From positions 1 to 23,984 of the IMG/VR virus record IMGVR_UViG_2740892370_000017: a DNA stretch of 23,984 nt, one strand, 5' to 3'. The stretch's first letter is position 1. Every line of letters begins with the position of its first letter. Both the position numbers and the translations under genes were made by a program. Source of the DNA: a virus. Taxonomy: Duplodnaviria; Heunggongvirae; Uroviricota; Caudoviricetes. Shown in pieces: positions 1 to 9,099 of this stretch. The notes under the pieces were generated by a model, which was given only the letters and a program-made list of their open reading frames with translations, had not been told where the DNA came from and did no database searches.

Positions 1-273
1 ATGAAGCAATGGCGAGATGATATTAAACGGTTCTTTGCAACTTACTTCATGATTAATTACGAAACAGGAATGCTTGAATGGATTGATGGTGGAGAGGTTA
101 AGACAAGAGATGACGCTTACGGTAATCCAATGATTCGTTATGGCACTCGTGATTATTATGTGAAATATGTCATCTGGTTTTTGCATCATGAAGTTCAGGC
201 AACTAAAAAAATTATCTTCAGGGATGGTAATAAAAGAAATTGCCACCCAAACAATTTACTACTGGAGATTTAA
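1..273 (+). CDS. HNH endonuclease-like protein, C-terminal part (5' end cut by window edge)
   Basis: ORF runs from window start; C-terminal motif ...WFLHHE...IFRDGNKRNCHPNNLLL resembles the H-N-(N/H) core of HNH nucleases (H..DGN..N...NL). Stop TAA 271-273 overlaps next ATG (TAATG). Confidence 0.45.
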   Translation: MKQWRDDIKRFFATYFMINYETGMLEWIDGGEVKTRDDAYGNPMIRYGTRDYYVKYVIWFLHHEVQATKKIIFRDGNKRNCHPNNLLLEI

Positions 274-473
274 TGCTATGTATTAAATTCGAATATTTGA
301 CAGATAAAATGATTAAGCATGTATCAGACCTGCTCATCAAAGAAGATGGTTTCGGTGATGTTTGCAATCCAAAAGATATCTTCATTCACGCCACCAGCCC
401 AAATGAAACACTGAAAACAGCAGTTACAGCGGAATGGTTTGAACGAAATAAAGTAGAATTAGGCTATTGGTAG
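273..473 (+). CDS. hypothetical small protein (about 66 aa)
   Basis: ATG at 273 overlaps stop of upstream ORF (TAATG, translational coupling); track ORF 240..473 is same frame with an earlier, less likely start. No recognisable motif. Confidence 0.35.
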   Translation: MLCIKFEYLTDKMIKHVSDLLIKEDGFGDVCNPKDIFIHATSPNETLKTAVTAEWFERNKVELGYW

Positions 474-652
474 TCCGAGACTTTAAGAGAAATTAGAAAA
501 ACAGCTTCTCAGACGCTCTCAATCGCATTCTAACGCAAAAAACTATCTTATTTTAGGGTGGGTAATACCACTGTACAGGCTACCCCTGAAAAAGACTGTT
601 TAGCTCGTTACAGAGCGATTGAGGAGGTCTGGTAAAAAGGAGATTTTAGGAA

Positions 653-976
653 ATGAACAATTACGAATTACAGATTTTCGTTGATAGCGACACCGCTATG
701 ATGATTCAGGCTTTCACTGATGTAGGTGTTAGCATTGACTTTGACAGGCTGTTAAGGCTAATGGCTGATAACTCAGAAACAATTGAAGATTTTATTCAGT
801 CGGTGGAGTTTAACGAGCCTCGAATGATGCTACCAATTAAAGACAGCAACATGAAAAGATTGGTTATCGAGCAAACGAACAAATACAGCATTAGCCCTGA
901 AAGATATCTCAAGGCAGCTATAGCAATTTTGTACGCTGACAATATTTTGGTGACGGATTCGAAGGTGGTGCATTAA
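653..976 (+). CDS. hypothetical protein (107 aa)
   Basis: ATG 653 preceded by AAGGAG (637-642); AT-rich codon usage consistent with neighbours; no recognisable domain. Confidence 0.5.
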   Translation: MNNYELQIFVDSDTAMMIQAFTDVGVSIDFDRLLRLMADNSETIEDFIQSVEFNEPRMMLPIKDSNMKRLVIEQTNKYSISPERYLKAAIAILYADNILVTDSKVVH

Positions 977-1077
977 TGGGCTTAATAATTGCTTGGACGG
1001 CTTTGGGTTTATTTGTTGGTTGCTGGGTAGGTAATACGGTAAATAAGAATTGATGTTACCAATCTGTTAAAAAGCTG

Positions 1078-1106
1078 TTGACAAATAACCTTGAGCATGA
1101 CATAAT
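1078..1106 (+). promoter_or_regulatory. candidate sigma70 promoter (TTGACA -17 nt- CATAAT, with TG upstream of -10)
   Basis: TTGACA at 1078-1083, 17-nt spacer, CATAAT at 1101-1106 with TGa immediately upstream (extended -10 like). Followed by hairpin AGAGAG-aattg-CTCTCT at 1116-1132 and a leader of about 295 nt before the ATG at 1408. Confidence 0.45.
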
Positions 1107-1407
1107 TTTAATTATAGAGAGAATTGCTCTCTTATTTCTTTCAACAATTCCATCTACATCTAGGGATAGTTATTCTGAAAGGTGCAATGCTTTTCGCTAC
1201 ATGACCTCTTATATAACCTGAGAGGTCATCTCGAAAAGTACTCTTGTTCATTCATTATTGAATCCTTTGCCCTTCACAGAAATGTTTAGGGCTTTTTCAG
1301 TTTTTAAAAGCACACTTGGCAGGTTCTTGTTCAGTCAGACTCTTCACCTCTGATTGCTGAGTGTGCTTCTATAAATTGAAATAACAAATAAACTAAGAGG
1401 TGAACGA

Positions 1408-2109
1408 ATGATTCGAGATGAACATGAAATGATTATCGAAAACAAACCAAGTGCACTTGATATTCACGAATTAAGTTTGCGTGAATCTTTTGATAGAGCT
1501 TGGCGGGAATCACACGAAGTAAAAAGAAGTCCTTATATTCCACCAGAACCACTCGAGATTCCAAGAGTTGAAATTGATTTTTCGATGAATGAGGAATGTG
1601 AGCTTGATTTGAAACTGAAGCTACAACGCCGATATTTCCAAGCTATTAAAGACTCTCAAGAAGCAATGAGAAGTGTTTACGAGAAAATTCAGTCCAAGCT
1701 TGAAGACGAAATTGACGAAATGGCTATTTTGATGGAGCTTCAAACCAATTCTTATGCTTATTTCTCTCGACTAGACCGTGATGGTTGGGGGTATGACCCT
1801 GTAGAGATTGGTAAAGTGATTGCAGATTTACCAGAAGGTCAAAGAGTTGTTCGTACAGAAAGAGCTGTCAGAGCACCACATCGACTGTCTCTAATTGTTG
1901 CTGATAAATCACAAGCTGAGCTTGAAGAAATTGCCAAAGAGAAACTGATGAAAGCAAGAGAAAATGAGATTAATTTGCTGAAATCAAGACTGGCTAAGCT
2001 GATTAGTGACCATCAAAAAATCGCTAAGGAATACAAACAAGAGCTTGCACAGATTAGTAGCTTCAATGACTTTTTGAGTGTTCCACGAGAATTTAGTAAA
2101 ACTATTTGA
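1408..2109 (+). CDS. hypothetical protein (233 aa), charged and probably coiled-coil-rich
   Basis: ATG 1408 with strong SD AAGAGGTG 5 nt upstream; long ORF; C-terminal half rich in E/K/L heptad-like stretches; no recognised catalytic motif. Confidence 0.6.
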   Translation: MIRDEHEMIIENKPSALDIHELSLRESFDRAWRESHEVKRSPYIPPEPLEIPRVEIDFSMNEECELDLKLKLQRRYFQAIKDSQEAMRSVYEKIQSKLEDEIDEMAILMELQTNSYAYFSRLDRDGWGYDPVEIGKVIADLPEGQRVVRTERAVRAPHRLSLIVADKSQAELEEIAKEKLMKARENEINLLKSRLAKLISDHQKIAKEYKQELAQISSFNDFLSVPREFSKTI

Positions 2110-2131
2110 TTATGCATATGTGAGGTGATGA

Positions 2132-2347
2132 ATGATTGATTTGCAACAGCGTTATGAAACTATTAAGTCGGCTTGTGAAAACTTAAAGTTACAAGCCAAT
2201 CCAGCCTTAAGAATTAAAAGCAAACGTCAAGTTATCACCTCACACAAACCAAAAACACGCAAGATTCCAAAGTGGTGTATTGACCGTATCCCTTCCGATG
2301 CTCAAATCATAGGTGAAACGGAATTACATTATCTTGTCAGACATTAA
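2132..2347 (+). CDS. hypothetical small basic protein (71 aa)
   Basis: ATG 2132 with SD GAGGTGA; 22-nt gap after upstream gene; K/R-rich. Confidence 0.5.
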   Translation: MIDLQQRYETIKSACENLKLQANPALRIKSKRQVITSHKPKTRKIPKWCIDRIPSDAQIIGETELHYLVRH

Positions 2348-2374
2348 AAAAGAATTGGTTGGGTAAAAATCAAC

Positions 2375-2420
2375 GGGAGAGATTATCTGGATGGCAATCT
2401 AGGTAACTCTCCTTTTTTTT
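2375..2420 (+). terminator. candidate intrinsic terminator
   Basis: GGAGAG (2376-2381) ... CTCTCC (2407-2412) stem followed by T8 (2413-2420); loop is long (25 nt) so the structure is only moderately convincing. Lies between the 71-aa gene and the tape-measure-like gene. Confidence 0.4.
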
Positions 2421-2455
2421 GTATATGAACGCTTAACAGAGGTGAAATATGAACA

Positions 2456-4531
2456 ATGGCACAATTTAAAGTTGATAGTTTTATCGTTGAACTAGGCTTC
2501 AGCGAGAACGTTATTAAGGGCTTGCAAAGAGTTGAAAAGGCAGCTTTGCAGTCAGCACAAAGAATTGAACGTAATTTGAATAGGGCGTTTAAGGTCGATA
2601 CCAAGCAACTTGACAGCAATCTGACAAGTTCTTTAGGGCAACTTGAAAGGAAGTTTAATAAGACCTTTGACAAGATTGAGCAGCGTTTTAAAAACACTAG
2701 AGCGTTTAAGATTAAAACGGAAATTGAGGATACTTTAAAGCCACTTAGACAGCCAAGACAGCCACGAATTAGCGGAAACAGAGCAATCACAGCAGCTTAT
2801 TCAGCTAATATGACCAAGCTGAAAGGTCTTAACCCAATTGTCGAGAAATACATTAAGAGTCAGTTTTACGCATTAAGTAGTAAATCCAAGACACTTGGGA
2901 ACGAAGCTTTTAATCGTGAGTTAGCAAAGTTAAATCAAAATCTACGTGAAACACTTTCTAAGTTTAACAAGACCACCAGCAAAAATAATCACAGTGAAAA
3001 GGCTTCGAATGGTCTGGATGTATTAGCTACAAGTGCAATCAAAGCAGGTACAGCCATTTATAGTTTTCAGACAGCCTTAGAAGCTTACAGGCGGATTATG
3101 GAGATTGGTCTGAAAAAAGAAGCATCACAACGAGCGGCACAATTCGTTTTAGGTGATGAAGGTGCTAAACGAGCTACAGAATTTGTTAAGAATCTTGCTA
3201 ATAACACTGGTGTTGACCAGATTGAAACATTAAGCAGTTTTGCTAAGTTTTCCGCTGGTGCTGGTGATATGGATGCAGGCCAGAAAGAATCCTTATTTTC
3301 TAATGTGATTGGTACATCCAGATTAATGGGGCTAAGCACTGATGAAATTAACGGGATTTTAAAAGCTTTTGAGCAGATGGCGAGCAAGGGCAAGATTCAA
3401 GCTGAAGAATTACGCGGTCAGTTAGGGGACAGAATGGCAGGTGCTTTTCAGTTATTTGCCAGAAGTCTTGGGATGACTACGGAAGAATTAGACAAGGCCA
3501 TGAAAGACGGTAAGGTTCTTTCTAAAGATGTTCTTCCTAAAGTATCCGCTGAAATGGGAAGGATGATTGATAAAGCTGGTGGATGGGAAAAGATTATTAA
3601 CTCTACTCAGACGCAGTTAGGCCGCTTAAGTAATTCATGGAATAATAATCTGGCCTTAATGTTCGATGGTTCACAGGAAGGTCTGGTAGATTTTACAAGG
3701 TCACTGACTAATTTACTTAATTCACTAGGTGGTCAATCTAAAAATCTTGGTGAACATTTTGGCGACCTGATGAAAAGCATGTCAAACGGTATTGATGATT
3801 TAACCACGATTAGCTACCGAGTGCAGGGATTCTTTGACAGAGTGACCCTTGCTTACAGAGAATTAAATGACACTCAAAAAGCTGTAGCTGATGGTATCGC
3901 AAATGGCCTGTTAAGTGCATTAAAGGGACTTGCTGGTATTGTCGCTGTAAGGTCTGGTATTGGTGCTGTAGGTGGTATCTGGAACTTAATTAGGGCTATT
4001 TCCACGCTTGGAAATGTAGCAAATACAGCAGCAGGAAGAATTAATTCACGTTCCGGTAGTGTTGAAGGTGGTAAAGGAAAATTATCTGTAGCTGATGCAA
4101 TTACCAAAGTAATGATTGTCGGTATGGCAACTGATGTGATTAACTCCATTGTTAAACCGTTCTATGAACGTCAGATGAGTAAGTCAGATAATCCAATTGA
4201 CAAAGTTGTAAGGTCAAAGGTGGAACCTACAGACCAAGCATTGTCTGGTGACATGAACTCTTTAGCCGCTGTTTTATGGGCTATGGTTCAGGGCAAATCA
4301 AAAGATGTTCCACAGTTTTCACCTGAAGCATTAAATAATCTGAAAGGTCGAGTGGAAACATTCACACAAGATTTAAAGGTTATCAAGCCGTCAGTAAATA
4401 TTCAGCCTCAGACAATCAATATCACAACTCAGACGGTACTTGATGGAAAGGTTATTGATGAAAGAACCACATCGCATATTAATCGTATGCAGGAAGATAC
4501 CTTGATTAGCTCAGCTTACCCAGAGGAATAA
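2456..4531 (+). CDS. phage tail tape-measure-like protein (691 aa)
   Basis: Long, largely helical ORF; central segment ...GLSTDEINGILKAFEQMASKGKIQAEELRGQLGDRMAGAFQLFARSLGMTTEELDKAMKDGKV... matches the pattern of the conserved tape-measure core (G.S.D...AL....G.I.AEEL..QL.DR...A...A...G.TTEEL...M.DG.V) as I recall it from lambda gpH-type proteins; Gly-rich hydrophobic stretch LKGLAGIVAVRSGIGAVGGIW typical of such proteins. SD AGAGGTG upstream. Confidence 0.55.
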   Translation: MAQFKVDSFIVELGFSENVIKGLQRVEKAALQSAQRIERNLNRAFKVDTKQLDSNLTSSLGQLERKFNKTFDKIEQRFKNTRAFKIKTEIEDTLKPLRQPRQPRISGNRAITAAYSANMTKLKGLNPIVEKYIKSQFYALSSKSKTLGNEAFNRELAKLNQNLRETLSKFNKTTSKNNHSEKASNGLDVLATSAIKAGTAIYSFQTALEAYRRIMEIGLKKEASQRAAQFVLGDEGAKRATEFVKNLANNTGVDQIETLSSFAKFSAGAGDMDAGQKESLFSNVIGTSRLMGLSTDEINGILKAFEQMASKGKIQAEELRGQLGDRMAGAFQLFARSLGMTTEELDKAMKDGKVLSKDVLPKVSAEMGRMIDKAGGWEKIINSTQTQLGRLSNSWNNNLALMFDGSQEGLVDFTRSLTNLLNSLGGQSKNLGEHFGDLMKSMSNGIDDLTTISYRVQGFFDRVTLAYRELNDTQKAVADGIANGLLSALKGLAGIVAVRSGIGAVGGIWNLIRAISTLGNVANTAAGRINSRSGSVEGGKGKLSVADAITKVMIVGMATDVINSIVKPFYERQMSKSDNPIDKVVRSKVEPTDQALSGDMNSLAAVLWAMVQGKSKDVPQFSPEALNNLKGRVETFTQDLKVIKPSVNIQPQTINITTQTVLDGKVIDERTTSHINRMQEDTLISSAYPEE

Positions 4532-4620
4532 ACAATGTTAGAACTACTAATATTTATTGCCACACATGGCAATCTATTAATCTTTATCTAGTATGACGAT
4601 TCAACTATGAATAGTCGAAT

Positions 4621-4675
4621 GCTACGTGAAATCTTCTGAACAGATACCAACATCAAAAATTAGATTTCACGTAGC
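4621..4675. repeat. 14-bp perfect inverted repeat with 27-nt spacer
   Basis: GCTACGTGAAATCT (4621-4634) and AGATTTCACGTAGC (4662-4675) are exact reverse complements; not followed by a T-run. In the 173-bp gap between the tape-measure-like gene and the 254-aa gene. Confidence 0.6.
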
Positions 4676-4704
4676 TCACGCTTAACAGAATAGGAATAAC
4701 AACA

Positions 4705-5469
4705 ATGTTTGACACAAAGCAAATTAGATACTCAGGTAAAGATGGTATCTATTTTCACCTTAGAGATAATGTAGAATCTTTTCTTGCCTTAACAGCTACT
4801 GAACAGATGGACTATGACTCACCGATGATGGTGACAACTCAGGCTATGCAATCGGGGCAAACTATCACTGATAATGTTCAGAGAGCACCTAAGACCATCT
4901 CTATCAGCGGTGTTGTAGTGGTTGATTCGACGGGTTCAGTTCTATTAACCAGACAGGGGCAACTTGTAGAGACCTTTATTTCTACGGTTGAACAATGGCG
5001 AGACCAGAAGCAAATCATCACTATTGTTTGTAGAGATGGAATAGCTATCACTGATAGTATCATTACTCAGTTTAAAGCGAGTAAAGAGCATACCATTGCT
5101 AACGGTCTTCGTATTCAGATGACCTTCCAAGGTGTAGAGTTTCGTTCAATCGTAGGTCAGACTGATATTTCGGCTGCAACTGGCAAGACCGCTACCACGA
5201 ATGATGGTGGTGCTACCAGCAAAAAGAATACAGGGAACACTACAACGAGCCTTGGAAGCCCTATGCTGACCTGTAAAGAGCTTTTTAGCTATTCGGCAAG
5301 TGAGTTATCAGATGAAGCGCTAAAAGCCCGTGTAACGTGCTCTAAGAGCGTTAGCGTTAAAAATGGTGAGAGCACCTTCACAGCCTCAGCTAATGAGCAA
5401 GCTTCAAAGGTGCTTAAGTCGGGTAATGCTTTACGGAAGTTTAGTGTGAATCCTAACAAGCGCTACTGA
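4705..5469 (+). CDS. hypothetical protein (254 aa), Ser/Thr-rich C-terminal half
   Basis: Clean ORF immediately after tape-measure-like gene; weak SD; could be a tail-associated protein by position only. Confidence 0.55.
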   Translation: MFDTKQIRYSGKDGIYFHLRDNVESFLALTATEQMDYDSPMMVTTQAMQSGQTITDNVQRAPKTISISGVVVVDSTGSVLLTRQGQLVETFISTVEQWRDQKQIITIVCRDGIAITDSIITQFKASKEHTIANGLRIQMTFQGVEFRSIVGQTDISAATGKTATTNDGGATSKKNTGNTTTSLGSPMLTCKELFSYSASELSDEALKARVTCSKSVSVKNGESTFTASANEQASKVLKSGNALRKFSVNPNKRY

Positions 5470-5483
5470 CGATAGAATCTCAA

Positions 5484-7007
5484 CTATATGATAACCTCAT
5501 CAACATCTATTAAACCCCTCTCAGTGACTTCAGAAAGCGACTGTATAGCCTCTGTAACGTTGTCTGAGGGGGTTTCTGTTATTGGTAGGTCAATTAACTT
5601 ACCGTTGTGAAAAGTTACTTTGCAGCGACGTTTAGCGGTATTTAAAACTACCTCTTTAACAGCACTTTTGATTATCAGTTGTGCTTCAATCCTTCCCGCC
5701 TTTGTAGTCAAGTCACAATCAGACAAACAACCCACATCAATAGATTTAAGGCGTTGTGTCTCCTTCTCGATATCCGCATCAACCTGTGATAACTCATTCT
5801 TTAGTTGTTTTAGTTTGCTGGTAATAGCGGACAAGTCTTCAATTTCAAGTGATAGTTGTACCAGCTTTTCTATATTGCTTGAGATGTGTTCACGGTGTAG
5901 CCTCAACATATCTATGGTATTCGTCGTATCGCTATCAAATCGGTCAAGACGAGATAGCAGGGTAAGCAATGTACCATCGGTTTGCTTACGTGACAGCCCT
6001 TTAGCACTACAACGGTTTTCATTACGAAGAGGACAACGATAAATCCCGTTTCTTGTATCGCTAAAGCCTGTGATAATCAGAGCATGACCACATTCAGAAC
6101 AACGGATAACACCTTTAAAGAGATTCACACTCAATGGTTTACCTGAAACAGGTTTTCGACCGTAACGAGAATGTGATAGTTGTTGAACTTTGTAGAATGT
6201 TGTTTCATCTATAATTGCAGGATAATAACCAGCTATCTCCTCACAGCCTTTAGGGGTGAAGTAACCAATTACAGAGCGATTCTTCAGAAGGTCTTGCACT
6301 GAGGTTTGACCAAACTTACCCGGCTTATACTGGCTCATCGACTGGTGACCTTCATCATTAAGAGTTCTGACAATCTCCCAGATAGACTTACCCTCTAACC
6401 GTAGCTGAAAGCACCTCTTCACAGTCTCCACTTTCTCAGGTATCACAGAGAAGCTTTTACGGTCATCATTAAGCTTAAGCCATGCAGGACAACGTTTAGA
6501 AACTTTGATACCAGCTTTAGCAGCCTCTTTCTTGGCATCCCATGCAGCCTGTATACGCTCAGATTTACGCAAACTCTCCTCATGCGCCCTTTGCATTATC
6601 AAAATGCTTTTAATCAGAGCTAGCGGGTCTCTAAGAGATTCCCTTGTGTAATGTTCACCATCGGACAAGGTGACCACATCTACACCAGAACGCAGGATGT
6701 TTCTTAATAGCTCCGAAGCAATATCTATGTCTTGACGTGACAAACGGTCTAAACTCTCGATTAGTAGTGTATCACCAGCTTTAACAAGCCCTTTCTCGAT
6801 AGCGGTTAAGAAGTCACCTAAGCCACCTTTCAAGTGCTTACCAGTGAACCCACTCACCCCCAAATCACGGAAGGATAAATCTTGGTCAAGGTAGTACTCA
6901 GGATGAGCCTTAAGCCAGTCATTAACCATCTTAGACTGTCTGCGTAGTGAGTCGCCTTTGGCTTGTCGCTCAGAACTGAATCTGATGTAGCTGATTACAC
7001 GTTTCAT
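5484..7007 (-). CDS. large serine recombinase (resolvase/invertase-type catalytic domain plus recombinase and zinc-ribbon regions)
   Basis: N-terminus MKRVISYIRFSSERQ... has the Y.R.SS..Q catalytic serine motif of serine recombinases; 507 aa with Cys-rich CSECGH...YRC segment and C-terminal coiled-coil, typical of large serine integrases. ATG 7007 with SD GAGGTG. Confidence 0.85.
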   Translation of the reverse strand: MKRVISYIRFSSERQAKGDSLRRQSKMVNDWLKAHPEYYLDQDLSFRDLGVSGFTGKHLKGGLGDFLTAIEKGLVKAGDTLLIESLDRLSRQDIDIASELLRNILRSGVDVVTLSDGEHYTRESLRDPLALIKSILIMQRAHEESLRKSERIQAAWDAKKEAAKAGIKVSKRCPAWLKLNDDRKSFSVIPEKVETVKRCFQLRLEGKSIWEIVRTLNDEGHQSMSQYKPGKFGQTSVQDLLKNRSVIGYFTPKGCEEIAGYYPAIIDETTFYKVQQLSHSRYGRKPVSGKPLSVNLFKGVIRCSECGHALIITGFSDTRNGIYRCPLRNENRCSAKGLSRKQTDGTLLTLLSRLDRFDSDTTNTIDMLRLHREHISSNIEKLVQLSLEIEDLSAITSKLKQLKNELSQVDADIEKETQRLKSIDVGCLSDCDLTTKAGRIEAQLIIKSAVKEVVLNTAKRRCKVTFHNGKLIDLPITETPSDNVTEAIQSLSEVTERGLIDVDEVII

Positions 7008-7057
7008 TGTTCACCTCACCTAATAACCCCTAGATTGTATCGTTTTAGATGGTGTAT

Positions 7058-7516
7058 TTAAACGTGTCTAATAAAAATCACCCGATTAACGCCGCGCTGA
7101 TGTAAACCGCGATTAAGAGTTTGTTCCTCTTCCCCTTTGGCGAAAAACTGTGGATGGCGGACTTCCACACCATAATTAAATTCGCCAGGGAGAGAATCGA
7201 GAAAATGCCAAAGCGCAGGCAGCTCCCGTGGGCCGAATGTGGCAGGCAGTTGCAGCCAGTATTGCCCAATGCGCGGAGCCAACGGTGACATGCGGGTCAA
7301 AAATTCAGTCACTAAATCATCGCAATGTCGTAATGCTGCCTGATGCGAAATGGTCGCCGGAAACTTAAAACAGAAGCGGAAGTCATCTGTGGTCTGTTCA
7401 CGCCAGCGCAGGACAACCTCGGGTTTCGGCAGGGCGTAAAGCGTGGTGTTGCCCTCCACGCAGTTAACATGACGGGTATTGAAGGCTAACCCACTGATTT
7501 TAATAAGTCTCTTGTG
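7058..7516 (-). pseudogene. yecE: remnant of a chromosomal DUF72-family gene (probably yecE), truncated at both ends
   Basis: GC-richer ORF wedged between two integrase genes. Track start at 7459 is GTG and the frame stays open upstream to a stop at 7517-7519 with no ATG, overlapping the integrase 3' end. At the other end the ORF terminates a few codons after the composition switches to AT-rich sequence near 7075. Identification as yecE is from memory. Confidence 0.45.
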
Positions 7517-8799
7517 TCACTTTGGTGACCATGGGACATCATTGGGACATAATCTGCCAGCTTCTGATTCAGCATTGCGATCTGTTCTGCATTGCTGTCA
7601 GTCATCCATGCTCCGTATACATTGAACACCATCTGGGCACTTGCATGACCCATCTGGCTGGCAATGAAGCTTGGATTTGCTCCGGCAGATAATGACCAGC
7701 ACGCATAAGTGTGTCGTGACTGGTATGCCTTTCGATGCCTGATGCCTGCACGCTTAATAGCTGATTCCCATGAGTCGCCAATGGAATCTACCTTGTAGAT
7801 AAAACCTACCTGTTTGCTTTTTCTAACCACCTGGGGGTTAAATACGAAAGTACATTCATGATTCACTGAACGTCCATATTCACGTAGTTGAACCTTGATG
7901 TGGTGCTGCTTACCCAGTCTTGTCATTTCAGCCTGATTTTTCAGGACACTGATAGCGGGCTGGATAAGATGTATAACCCTGTTAGTACTTGCTTCAGTTT
8001 TAGGTAGAGTGAACTCATCGAGTTTCGTATAATTGCGCCGGATAGTAATTGTTCCTGCTTTCAGATCGATATCTTCCCAGGCCAGGGAGACCAGTTCACC
8101 ATGACGCATTCCTGTGTACACAGCCAATGACCACAGGTTTTTTGTCTGCTGATGTCGGCAAGCATCTATCAGGCGAATAAATTCGTCACGAGTTAGCGGA
8201 TCTGGCTCTGCCCTGGCTTTTTTAAGAGGCTTAATTCCCTCGAAGGGATTTGCTTCTAAGTAACCGTGATCTGCAGCAAACTGAAACATTCCAGCGATTG
8301 TCGTCATGTAATAATTTACTGTGACAACGCTTCGTCCTTTTACCGGAGCCTTACCTTTTGTTGGATTTTGGTGTCCGGTCAGCAAATCTTTCCTGATATA
8401 CAGCAATTCCTCTTTGGTCACCGTTGACACCAGTCTGCTACCTCCAATTTTCGGAACCATCGTTCTTGCAACGGATTCATAACGATTGAATGCATTTGCA
8501 GAGATTTCCATTCGTTTCAGATCCAGCCACTTTTCTTCAAGTTCTTTCACCGTAATTTCTTTTTTACTTACCCCAAAAGCCTGAAGGTTAGGGGAGTCAG
8601 GGAACTGTGCAGCATAATCAAAGTTTCCTGTGCGGATGGCAAAACATACCGATGTCCGCAGTTCTCCAGCGATCTTCCTGTTCTTGGCAGTGTCAGGGAC
8701 ACCAAGATTTTCCCTGACACGTTTACCTTTAAAATTAAACCAGATGCGCAATGTGCCACCGTGGTTTTCGACGCCTGTTGGATATTTGACTTTATCCAT
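7486..8799 (-). CDS. int: phage tyrosine integrase (lambdoid/Rac-like family)
   Basis: 437 aa; N-terminal ...PTGVENHGGTLRIWFNFKGKRVRENL... resembles the arm-binding domain of Rac/P4-like integrases; C-terminal catalytic residues present (R in ...GMRHGEL..., H-x-x-R in ...RHTYACW..., Y in ...VYGAWM). Confidence 0.9.
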   Translation of the reverse strand: MDKVKYPTGVENHGGTLRIWFNFKGKRVRENLGVPDTAKNRKIAGELRTSVCFAIRTGNFDYAAQFPDSPNLQAFGVSKKEITVKELEEKWLDLKRMEISANAFNRYESVARTMVPKIGGSRLVSTVTKEELLYIRKDLLTGHQNPTKGKAPVKGRSVVTVNYYMTTIAGMFQFAADHGYLEANPFEGIKPLKKARAEPDPLTRDEFIRLIDACRHQQTKNLWSLAVYTGMRHGELVSLAWEDIDLKAGTITIRRNYTKLDEFTLPKTEASTNRVIHLIQPAISVLKNQAEMTRLGKQHHIKVQLREYGRSVNHECTFVFNPQVVRKSKQVGFIYKVDSIGDSWESAIKRAGIRHRKAYQSRHTYACWSLSAGANPSFIASQMGHASAQMVFNVYGAWMTDSNAEQIAMLNQKLADYVPMMSHGHQSDTRDLLKSVG

Positions 8800-8854
8800 T
8801 GATACCTCCAGACGCCCAAGAGCGAAACGAGCTTACATACTTCATGGCATTAAA

Positions 8855-9091
8855 TCACCCAGGTTGTTTGTTTTTCATTGAAGCGACCCAGGCATCTATT
8901 GCTTTTCTGTTATACATACATTCGCTGGATGGCTTTGGATTACCATCTGGTGATACGTGAATATACTCTCTTCCTACCATCCAGCATTCTTTCCGGGCTC
9001 GGAGAATTGTGCCTGGTTTGAGCCCGGTAATTGCGATAAGAACGCTTTCACAAACCCATTCATTGGGAGCCAGTTGAATCACATTGCTCAT
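8855..9091 (-). CDS. xis: excisionase-like protein
   Basis: 78-aa ORF immediately upstream of int on the same strand, the canonical xis position; sequence resembles lambdoid excisionase-like small proteins as I recall them. Confidence 0.6.
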   Translation of the reverse strand: MSNVIQLAPNEWVCESVLIAITGLKPGTILRARKECWMVGREYIHVSPDGNPKPSSECMYNRKAIDAWVASMKNKQPG

Positions 9092-9099
9092 ACATTACC

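Noticed and set aside
2383-4149. Minus-strand track ORFs 2383..2790, 3085..3393 and 3874..4149
   Set aside because: They lie antisense within the tape-measure-like gene and its upstream terminator, have Ser/Leu/Cys-rich low-complexity composition, and lack ribosome-binding sites; most likely frame artefacts.
4878-6042. Track ORFs 4878..5063 (-), 4945..5130 (-) and 5620..6042 (+)
   Set aside because: Entirely nested antisense inside the 254-aa gene or the serine recombinase gene; no independent support.
7078-7269. 63-aa minus-strand ORF inside the yecE-like fragment
   Set aside because: Alternative frame of the same region; the longer frame carries the recognisable protein-like sequence.
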